DNA of 20,539 nt, from positions 1 to 20,539 of the forward strand of contig JAWLEP010000042.1 of assembly GCA_041686025.1 (NCBI GenBank), written 5' to 3'. Shown piece after piece: positions 1 through 7,182 of the stretch (the stretch's first letter is position 1; each line of letters opens with the position of its first letter). Under the pieces are notes generated by a model. That model saw nothing but the letters and a program-made list of their open reading frames with translations. It ran no database searches and was not told where the DNA came from. The position numbers and the translations under genes were made by a program. This DNA is from Candidatus Fermentibacteraceae bacterium (GTDB taxonomy: Bacteria > Fermentibacterota > Fermentibacteria > Fermentibacterales > JCC-6).

Positions 1-102
1 CCCTTTCTTCGGTGGAGCTTACGCTTCCACGTCAAGAATATCAAAACGAGGCGGCTCCGGGAAGAACGTCGTGACCGAATTGCATCAAACGGCTGACTGG
101 CT

Positions 103-143
103 TTCCCCGGAATGGGAACTATGTTTCGCACTATGGGAACATA
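103..143. promoter_or_regulatory. Tandem palindromic operator-like sites (TTCCC-N6-GGGAA, 21-bp period)
   Basis: TTCCC cggaat GGGAA at 103-118 and TTTCG cactat GGGAA at 124-139; ATGGGAAC occurs at 112 and 133; directly upstream of the HEPN-like gene. Confidence 0.5.
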
Positions 144-156
144 ATCGGAGGTGAGA

Positions 157-604
157 ATGTCCAACAAAGCTGGTTGGAAGGCGGACATCTGAGGAAGGCT
201 GAGCCCACGGGAGCGAACGTGCGGGCAAGGTTTGAGGTCGCAATTCGCGATCTCAAGGACGCCGGGTAGCAGAGCTCAGTATCGACACCCGGTTCCGGCT
301 TGCCTACGAAGCGGTGCTGGCCGTTGCCCAGGCCCTGATGCTGGCCGACGGATTTCGTCCGGTGCCACAGGACAGCCACTACTGCTCCATAGAGAGTCTG
401 GAGCACACGATGGGGGAGGACGGAAAGAGCCTGACCCTTCTCCACGCCATGTCGAAGAAGAGGCATCTGCTGCGGTACGAACAGGTGGGTGCGGTAAGTC
501 GCGAGGAACTGGCCGCGATGCTTGGGGAGGCACAGCGGTTTCTGAAGCTGGGAGTGGCGATGCTGGGAGCAAAGCACCCGGAGTACCTGGAGGAGGAGGA
601 GTAG
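157..604 (+). pseudogene. HEPN-domain toxin-like gene (MNT-HEPN type), two apparent frameshifts
   Basis: GGAGGTG RBS then ATG at 157. The homologous-looking reading continues in a second frame (QSWLEGGHLRKAEP...AIRDLKDAG, TAG at 267) and then a third (VAELSIDTRFRLAYEAVLAVAQALMLADGFRP...SHY...KKRHLLRYE...HPEYL, stop 604). AYxA, GxRP, H and RxxxxY match HEPN-family motifs. Confidence 0.7.
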
Positions 605-647
605 TGTAAGCGGTCTCTGCGGCGCAACCTTAGCCTTTGGAGAATGA

Positions 648-887
648 ATGTACGCAGAACAGGAGATTCACAGGCTGCGGACCAGGGTCACCCACCTGGA
701 GAAGCAGGTGCGGGCCCTGATGGAGAAGCTGGGCATGAGCTATGCCGGGCCCGCGGGAGACCGGATGCCCCGGGAGGTCCACGAGCTCTGCCTCAAGGGG
801 GATCGGAAGGAAGCGATTCGGCTGTACAGGGAGCTTACCGGAGCCACTCTCAAGGAGGCCAAGCAGGCGGTGGAGTCCCTGGGCTGA
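648..887 (+). CDS. Small protein: coiled-coil N-terminus plus ribosomal L7/L12 C-terminal-like domain
   Basis: KEAIRLYRELTGATLKEAKQAVE matches the L7/L12 CTD motif; GGAG upstream; 79 aa. Confidence 0.8.
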   Translation: MYAEQEIHRLRTRVTHLEKQVRALMEKLGMSYAGPAGDRMPREVHELCLKGDRKEAIRLYRELTGATLKEAKQAVESLG

Positions 888-984
888 AGGAGCATCTGCC
901 ATGGCGGCGCCTGGCCGCCTGCAGAATGACGCTTCATCGATTTAGATATATATGTGAATGGCACTCGATGTCTGGAGGTAGGCA

Positions 985-1575
985 ATGAGGAGCATATGCG
1001 CCGCCGTCACCCTGCCGGTTCTTGCTGCGTTCTCCGTCGCCCACTCGGATGGAGTGATATACGAGACCGATTTCAGCCAGCCGCCGGCAAACTGGTATTA
1101 CGATCAGGACTGGGAGTTCGGAAATGACGGGGCCGTCGTCCAGACGGACCTGCACTTCTGGGACGCTTTGATGTTCTCGGGAGGCCCTGGAGATCAGCTC
1201 ATCTTCTTCGTCCCGGATGGTGCGGATTCGATCGGGATCGCTATCCCCTATTACCTGAATGCATCGGTTGACCAGGGCAATGTGTGCTTCGAGATACGTT
1301 TCGGCTGTACCGATTCGGGCTGGGAGACCATCTGGGAGCGAAGCGAGTACAGCGGCTATGTATCCGAGACCGATACCATCAGCTATTCGCCCGACTATGT
1401 ACAAGGCGGCGACTGGGTGGGCATCAACTTCGAGGGCTTCGGGGAATGCGACACCTGGGGCTATATGGGTGTAACCTGGCAGATTCACGGCCTGACCATA
1501 ACAGCGTTTGGAGACAGTCTTTCCTTCGAGTCGTCAACCTGGGCGGGGATCAAGGCGGCGGGAGATTCGGAGTAG
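985..1575 (+). CDS. Secreted acidic/aromatic beta-rich protein with C-terminal TWxGIK motif
   Basis: GGAGG RBS; Sec-type signal peptide (MRSICAAVTLPVLAAFSVAHS/D); ends SFESSTWAGIKAAGDSE. Confidence 0.8.
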   Translation: MRSICAAVTLPVLAAFSVAHSDGVIYETDFSQPPANWYYDQDWEFGNDGAVVQTDLHFWDALMFSGGPGDQLIFFVPDGADSIGIAIPYYLNASVDQGNVCFEIRFGCTDSGWETIWERSEYSGYVSETDTISYSPDYVQGGDWVGINFEGFGECDTWGYMGVTWQIHGLTITAFGDSLSFESSTWAGIKAAGDSE

Positions 1576-1697
1576 ACGTGTATTCCCCGATAAGCACCAT
1601 GCCATCCGCAGGCGGCGTGAAACCCTCGGCCCGCCGGCGGGTATCTGTATTCGGGTAGGACAGCTGCTGACAGTCCGACAGAAAGGTGCCTGCTGAG

Positions 1698-2060
1698 ATG
1701 AGAAGAGCAACCATCGGCCTCCTGTGCGTATCAGCCCTTCTGGCCCTGTCCGGCGCCGGTTGCGACAACCCCTTCAGCGGGTCGATCGAGGTGGAGTACG
1801 AGGTCACCGGCAGCGCTTACTCCGTGGACGTCACCTACGAGAACAGCGGAGGCAGCACCTCCCGGGAGTACGGGGTGGGGGTGCCCTGGTCGTACCGGTT
1901 CTCCGCCGACGCCGGAGACTACGTCTACATCTCCGCGCAGAACACCGGCACCTACGGCACGGTTACTGTGGCCATCTACCTCGACGGCGAGATCTACGAG
2001 GCGGAGACCAGCGAGGGAGCCTATTGCACCGCCACCGCCACCGCCAGCGGCATGCTGTAG
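1698..2060 (+). CDS. Lipoprotein with MmpS-like beta-sandwich domain
   Basis: Hydrophobic leader ending GAGC (lipobox-like); VEYEVTGS..VDVTY..VPWSY..ISAQN..VTVAIYLDG resembles the MmpS family pattern; AAAGGTG upstream. Confidence 0.7.
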   Translation: MRRATIGLLCVSALLALSGAGCDNPFSGSIEVEYEVTGSAYSVDVTYENSGGSTSREYGVGVPWSYRFSADAGDYVYISAQNTGTYGTVTVAIYLDGEIYEAETSEGAYCTATATASGML

Positions 2061-2187
2061 CGTCTTGACCCGGAGAACGGGATGCGGCTGATTGCAGCCC
2101 TGACGGTTGTCGATCAGATAGCCGCAGCTGGAGCGGCACCGCGGCTCCGGGCGCTTCTGCGCTCATATGGTTGGTCGCCGCTACCGC

Positions 2188-2580
2188 TCAGGGGGCCTGC
2201 AGCTCCAGAAGCTCGATGCCCAGTACTGTGCTCATCAGCGTGAAGTGCCGATCCAGGGCGTAGATCTTGCATCCGTGCTGAATTGCGTTCTGCGCCATGA
2301 TCAGATCGGGAATTCCTATGCCGTTGATTCCATTCTTCAAAAGATCGTACTGAAGCCTGATTATCTGCTCCCATACTATTCTCAGCTCCAGCCTGTGCAC
2401 CATACCGAGCAGATCTATGAGCCTGTCTTGTCCTTTAATCTGAAGGTATGGAATGAGCTCCGCCAATATGAGGTCGTTTGTAGATATGATATTCGCATCA
2501 ATGAGAGTATCCAGAGCGTCCGAATTACCCCCGCCTCTGAAGTAGTCGATCCATACCGAAGAATCGACTAGTACCTGCAC
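2188..2580 (-). CDS. vapC: PIN-domain ribonuclease toxin (VapC family)
   Basis: VLVDSSVWIDYFR, LAEL, PDLIMAQ, ALDRHF give the PIN acidic quartet; overlaps the upstream antitoxin by 13 nt. Confidence 0.92.
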   Translation of the reverse strand: MQVLVDSSVWIDYFRGGGNSDALDTLIDANIISTNDLILAELIPYLQIKGQDRLIDLLGMVHRLELRIVWEQIIRLQYDLLKNGINGIGIPDLIMAQNAIQHGCKIYALDRHFTLMSTVLGIELLELQAP

Positions 2581-2771
2581 GCACGGTCCCTGAGGCTGTC
2601 CAGGTCGATATCCAGCTCGATCTTTCCCTTGTACTCCCTTATGCCGCTTATGCGGTGTCTGCGGAGCAGCTCCTCCAATGCGGCGATGATGACCCCTGTC
2701 TTCGTTTTGATGTGCGTCCTCCTCATGGCCTCATCGAGCAGCTCCTCGGGCAGGTCCAGGGTAGTTCTCAT
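2568..2771 (-). CDS. vapB: RHH-type VapB antitoxin
   Basis: MRTTLDLPEELLDEAMRRTHIKTKTGVIIAALEELLRR...GKIELDIDLDSLRDR; AAGGAGGTGG RBS; directly upstream of the PIN gene. Confidence 0.9.
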   Translation of the reverse strand: MRTTLDLPEELLDEAMRRTHIKTKTGVIIAALEELLRRHRISGIREYKGKIELDIDLDSLRDRACRY

Positions 2772-2783
2772 CACTCCACCTCC

Positions 2784-2821
2784 TTATGCACATATTACCT
2801 AGTTTATGCATATACCGTCAA
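2784..2821 (-). promoter_or_regulatory. sigma70-type promoter of vapBC with repeated operator
   Basis: Minus strand TTGACG (2821-2816), 18-bp spacer, TAATAT (2797-2792). Repeats TTATGCAcATA (2784-2794) and TTATGCAtATA (2804-2814) are 20 bp apart; the second contains the palindrome TATGCATA. Confidence 0.7.
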
Positions 2822-3088
2822 GTGATTCCTCCGCTTGCCGATGGACCTCTCCATATCCCGATCGGCCTCTCTCGAATCAGGATGCTGAAGGGACCGTCTC
2901 GAAGGTAGCCTGAGTGTCGCGGGGCCTGTGGGCGTTGGACTCCCGGGTTGGTTCTCTGCAGGGTGCGATCACTGGCCGTGAGGGGAAATGGAAACCTTCC
3001 TGGAGGAGTTCGCATGTGGCCCCGGGGCGGAGGGGGCGCCCAGCCAAGCCGGAAATGCCATGCCGCGATCACGGTGTCGGTGTCGGCG

Positions 3089-3541
3089 CTACCATTCCCC
3101 TTCGGCGTCGGGGTACTGCGGCGGCGACTCGCCCACCGACTCCACGATTTTGAGGTGCTTTCGGACGTCGGCCTCCTCTGCGGACTCCACGCGGATGCGG
3201 TGCCACCAGTCATCGCCGAAGTCGAACCAGTAGTGGAGGACCATGCCCTCTCGCAGGCCGGCGGAGTCCAGCATCCTGTCCGCGGCGGAGTCCTTTCCGC
3301 CGTCCATGCCCAGAAAGCCGTCCACGGCGTCGGGGTGGGTGATCTCCGGAGCGTTGTAGATGGTGCGGAGACTGTCGGTGTCCTTACCCGTCAGGAAGAA
3401 GGAGTACAGATGGGGGTCGTAACGGTCGAAGCACTTGAAGATGGCCCAGTGGAGCTGGTCGAATGTGCAGTCTCCGGAGACCTCGATGGTGCGGTAGACA
3501 CCCTCCAGGCCCATTATGGTTACATTCAGCCTGTACAGCAT
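3089..3541 (-). CDS. Plasmid pRiA4b ORF-3 family protein
   Basis: VYRTIEVSGDCTFDQLHWAIFKCFDRYDPHLYSF and YWFDFGDDWWHRIRVE...GESPPQYP are family hallmarks; ATG at 3541 chosen over the longer ORF. Confidence 0.88.
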   Translation of the reverse strand: MLYRLNVTIMGLEGVYRTIEVSGDCTFDQLHWAIFKCFDRYDPHLYSFFLTGKDTDSLRTIYNAPEITHPDAVDGFLGMDGGKDSAADRMLDSAGLREGMVLHYWFDFGDDWWHRIRVESAEEADVRKHLKIVESVGESPPQYPDAEGEW

Positions 3542-3646
3542 AGTCCATTCCCCCTGCAGTGAAGCTTGCGGATTATCCCCGGCTCTGCCCGGGAGCGAAT
3601 ATACGGGACGGGAGGCCCCGTGTCCTTCCGACGTGAGTCGCTGGGC

Positions 3647-3674
3647 TTGATACATTGCTGTGGTGGATTATCTT
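3647..3674 (+). promoter_or_regulatory. Putative sigma70 promoter of the XPB operon
   Basis: TTGATA (3647-3652), 16 bp, TATCTT (3669-3674), about 36 nt before the TTG start. Confidence 0.4.
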
Positions 3675-3710
3675 TGCGTCTCCATCTGACAGAGCTCTCG
3701 GGGGTGGGCA

Positions 3711-5516
3711 TTGGGGCGAAGACGTGACCGCAGGCCTGTGGAGAGGATGCACGTTCCGGTTCTTCGGAAGATAGCCGACCGGATGGGGCTGGACCGGTCG
3801 CTGACCCGGAAGGCCGAGCTGATCTCCGCCCTTGACCGTATGCTGGTGGAGCGGACGGATCGTGTTGTGGCCTGCTGCACAGAGACCGAGAGGAACGCTC
3901 TGGCCGAGGCGGCCCACGAAGGCGGCCTGCTGGACGTCGACCTCTTCCGTGCCAAGTACGGCGAGGACCCGCCACCCCGTAGCTACAACAGGCTCTCGGG
4001 CACCGGTATCTTCGGGATCGTCATGAAGAGGTCTTCGCTGGAGGGGTACCTGGAGATCGACCCGCCCTTTCGGGAGCCGCTCAGAAAGGCCCTGCCGCGT
4101 CCCCGCGAGCCGGAGGTCCGCACCCTTGACTCGCTGCCCCGGGAGGTCTCCTTCACCGGTGGGTGGGGCGGGGCGAGGAGGATGAGGAAGGTACATGTCC
4201 ACGCCGGCGCAGAGGTGGCCCCGGCAGAGGTGGTGCGTGTGCTCGAGCTGGCAAGGACCTCCACCCTCCGTGTGAGCAGGAAGACCGGACGCCCTGCCGC
4301 GGCCGCCGTCCGCGCGATAGCCGAGGTACTGCCCGCCCCAGAGTTCCAGCTGGAACCCTTTCCTTCCGATGACGGCTCCGGGTCGGGAGGCGGCAAGTCG
4401 CTCGGGACGGTCCGCTCCGCCGCCTGGGGACGGCTTGTTCAGTGCTGCGGATGGTGCAGGGCCCGAGACGGGAAGCTGGTGCTGACCGCGTCGGGAAAGA
4501 GGATGCTGTCCGGCGACCCTGTGGAGCTCAGGAAGGGGTACGAGCGTTTCCTGGAGAGCTCCCGCTTCGATGAGCTGGCCCTGACCGCCATCCGGGGTCA
4601 GACGGGAAAGGGCCGGCGGGGCCTCACCGATGTATCCCTGCGGCGGCAGGGTGTCTCGCAGTCCATGAAGCGGTGGCCGGTCGGCCGGTGGATGGAGGCC
4701 GGGGAGGCGGCCCGCTTCGTCACGGCTCTGGGGAACATGGTACCCGTAACGAATGACCCCTGGAACCTGTACTTCGGCGAGAAGCGCTACGGCAGCCTGG
4801 GATTCGCGGGGGCGGAGGGACATCTGGAGAGGCAGTACGCCAGGCTGCTGCTTATGGTATCGATGGCCACCCTGGGCGTGGTGGACGTGGCCTATACCGC
4901 TCCCCACGGGCTCTGGCCCGAGTTCGGCGACCGCTGGGGCCTTGACGGCGAGCCCTTCTGCGGCCCGGCCGACGGGCTTCGCTTCGTCCGGCTCAACGAG
5001 CTGGGGGCGTACTGCCTCGGCCTCCGGAGCGAGTATTCCCCGCCCAAGAGATGCCCCGGGCTCTTTCGGATTCTCCCGGACATGCGGCTGGTCCTGGTGG
5101 CGGAGAAGGCGGAGCCGGAGCCGCTGGACCGGGCGCTGCTGGAGACCTTTGCCGAGCGGGAGTCCGACCGCGAGTGGCGGATAACTCCCCGTGCGGTGGC
5201 CCTGAACCTGGCCGGGGGCGGAAGCATCGATGACGTCAGGCGGGCGCTGCAGGAGCGGGCCGTCGGTGATGTCCCCGAGAGTGTGACCTGCCTGCTGGAC
5301 GATGTGGAGTCCAGGGCGGGGGCGGTCTCGGCGCCGAGGGACGCCGTGCTGCTGCGGTGCCGCGACTCGGTGACGGCGCGGCTGCTGGCGGGGGACCCGG
5401 ACCTCTCCGGCCTCTGCGAGCTGGCGGGGGATGACGGGCTGGTGGTTCCCGCCGGCGGAATGGAGGCGTTCAGGCGGGCGATGGCCTCCAAGGGTTACGT
5501 GGTCCCCGTTGGGTAG
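3711..5516 (+). CDS. XPB-associated protein 1 (C-terminal Helicase_C_3-like domain; N-terminal HeH/Rho-N-like motif)
   Basis: C-terminal RILPDMRLV...LLETFAE...WRITPRAV...LQERAVGDVPESV..LLDD is Helicase_C_3-like; N-terminal VPVLRKIADRMG...TRKAELISAL; stop overlaps the next gene. Start codon uncertain. Confidence 0.8.
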   Translation: MGRRRDRRPVERMHVPVLRKIADRMGLDRSLTRKAELISALDRMLVERTDRVVACCTETERNALAEAAHEGGLLDVDLFRAKYGEDPPPRSYNRLSGTGIFGIVMKRSSLEGYLEIDPPFREPLRKALPRPREPEVRTLDSLPREVSFTGGWGGARRMRKVHVHAGAEVAPAEVVRVLELARTSTLRVSRKTGRPAAAAVRAIAEVLPAPEFQLEPFPSDDGSGSGGGKSLGTVRSAAWGRLVQCCGWCRARDGKLVLTASGKRMLSGDPVELRKGYERFLESSRFDELALTAIRGQTGKGRRGLTDVSLRRQGVSQSMKRWPVGRWMEAGEAARFVTALGNMVPVTNDPWNLYFGEKRYGSLGFAGAEGHLERQYARLLLMVSMATLGVVDVAYTAPHGLWPEFGDRWGLDGEPFCGPADGLRFVRLNELGAYCLGLRSEYSPPKRCPGLFRILPDMRLVLVAEKAEPEPLDRALLETFAERESDREWRITPRAVALNLAGGGSIDDVRRALQERAVGDVPESVTCLLDDVESRAGAVSAPRDAVLLRCRDSVTARLLAGDPDLSGLCELAGDDGLVVPAGGMEAFRRAMASKGYVVPVG

Positions 5517-7182
5517 CCGCAGCGGCGGGCCGCTGATCGTCCAGGGGGACATGACCGTCCTGCTGGAGGTGGACAACCCGCGCTATGAGGAGGCGCGCGA
5601 CGCCCTGGCCTGCTTCGCCGAGCTGGTGAAGTCCCCCGAGCACATACACACATACCGCATCACTCCGCTGTCGGTCTGGAACGCCAGGGCCGGCGGCATT
5701 CCCCTGGAGCGGATGGTGGGGAGCCTCTCGGAGCTGTCGCGCTTCCCCGTGCCCGACCACGTCCTGGACGGCATACGTGAGCTGGCCTCCAGGTACGGCC
5801 GGCTGAGGCTGGAGGCGGCCGAGGGAGGCCTCGCCCTCCGTGCGGACTCCCCGGAGCTGGCCGGCCTGATAGCGGAGTACGACAGCGTGCGCGGGCTGCT
5901 GGGCCGGCGGATGAGGGCCGGCTTCTCGGTGGACCCCGGGCTGCGGGGTGAGCTGAAGCGGGCCCTGGTGGACATCGGATACCCCGCCGAGGACCTGGCC
6001 GGCTACACCGACGGCGAGGGCCTGGAGATGTCCCTGCGGGAGACCGCCCTCTCCGGCGGGAGGTTCCGGATAAGGGACTACCAGCGGGAGGCCGTGGACG
6101 CCTTCCACGCCGCCGGAGGGCCCCGGGGCGGCTCGGGCGTGGTGGTCCAGCCCTGCGGGGCGGGAAAGACCATCGTGGGCATAGGCTGCATGGAGAGGCT
6201 GCAGACCTCCACGCTGGTGCTGGCCACCAACACTACCGCCCTGCGACAGTGGCGGGATGAGCTGCTGGACAAGACGACGCTGACCGCCGACCAGATCGGC
6301 GAGTACTCCGGCGCACGCAAGGAGATACGGCCCGTGACCCTGGCCACGTATCACATAATGACCTACAGCAGGGGGGAAGGGGAGTATCCCCACCTGCGGC
6401 TGTTCGGGGAGCGCGACTGGGGCCTGATAGTCTACGACGAGGTGCACCTGCTGCCGGCGCCGGTGTTCCGGATGACCGCCGACCTGCAGGCCAGGCGGAG
6501 GCTGGGCCTCACCGCCACGCTGGTCCGCGAGGACGGGCGTGAGGGCGACGTATTCGCCCTGATAGGCCCCCGGAAGGCGGCCGTTCCCTGGAAGGAGCTG
6601 GAGCGGCAGGGGTGGATAGCCAAGGCGGTCTGCACCGAGATACGCCTGCCCATGTCCCGCGAGCTGACCCTGAGGCACGCTGCCGCCCACGCCAGGGCCC
6701 GAAACCGAATTGCAGCCGAGAACCCCGCGAAGCTCCCCGTGGTGCGCAGCCTGGTGGAGAGGCACCGGGGCGAGAGGATACTGATAATGGGCATGTACGT
6801 GGACCAGGTACGCAGTATGGGCCGGGAGCTGGGCGTTCCGGTGATCACCGGCCGGACCCCGCAGCGCAAGCGGGAGCGGCTGTTCGAGGAGTTCCGCAGG
6901 GGCGAGACCCCCGTCCTGTCGGTGTCCAAGGTGGCCAACTTCTCGGTGGACCTTCCCGACGCCTCGGTGGCGATACAGGTATCCGGGACCTTCGGGTCAC
7001 GCCAGGAGGAGGCCCAGCGGCTGGGGAGGATACTGCGCCCCAAGCCGGGGGAGAACAGCGCGCACTTCTACTCGCTGGTCAGCCGCGACAGCCGCGAGCA
7101 GGAGTTCGCCCTGAAGCGCCAGCTCTACCTCTGCGAGCAGGGTTACGAGTACGCGATAGAGTACGCCGATGAAGCTGTTTGA
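5509..7182 (+). CDS. xpb: XPB/Rad25/ERCC3-family SF2 DNA helicase
   Basis: N-terminal PLIVQGDMTVLLEV..FAELVKSPEHIHTYRITPLSVWNA; RDYQ; Walker A PCGAGKT; DEVH; TATLV-RED loop; motif VI SRQEEAQRLGRILRPK. TTG at 5509 inferred as start. Confidence 0.95.
   Translation: MGSRSGGPLIVQGDMTVLLEVDNPRYEEARDALACFAELVKSPEHIHTYRITPLSVWNARAGGIPLERMVGSLSELSRFPVPDHVLDGIRELASRYGRLRLEAAEGGLALRADSPELAGLIAEYDSVRGLLGRRMRAGFSVDPGLRGELKRALVDIGYPAEDLAGYTDGEGLEMSLRETALSGGRFRIRDYQREAVDAFHAAGGPRGGSGVVVQPCGAGKTIVGIGCMERLQTSTLVLATNTTALRQWRDELLDKTTLTADQIGEYSGARKEIRPVTLATYHIMTYSRGEGEYPHLRLFGERDWGLIVYDEVHLLPAPVFRMTADLQARRRLGLTATLVREDGREGDVFALIGPRKAAVPWKELERQGWIAKAVCTEIRLPMSRELTLRHAAAHARARNRIAAENPAKLPVVRSLVERHRGERILIMGMYVDQVRSMGRELGVPVITGRTPQRKRERLFEEFRRGETPVLSVSKVANFSVDLPDASVAIQVSGTFGSRQEEAQRLGRILRPKPGENSAHFYSLVSRDSREQEFALKRQLYLCEQGYEYAIEYADEAV

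Noticed and set aside
648..887. Calling this gene rplL
   Set aside because: Too short, lacks the L12 N-terminal dimerisation domain and hinge, and has no rplJ/rpoB context.
2061..2187. Possible integron attC site after vapC
   Set aside because: Short hairpins are present but there is no matched RYYYAAC/GTTRRRY pair and no similar repeat between other genes.
2988..3233. ORF METFLEEF... with a purine-rich RBS
   Set aside because: Mostly overlaps the pRiA4b gene antisense; no recognisable family.
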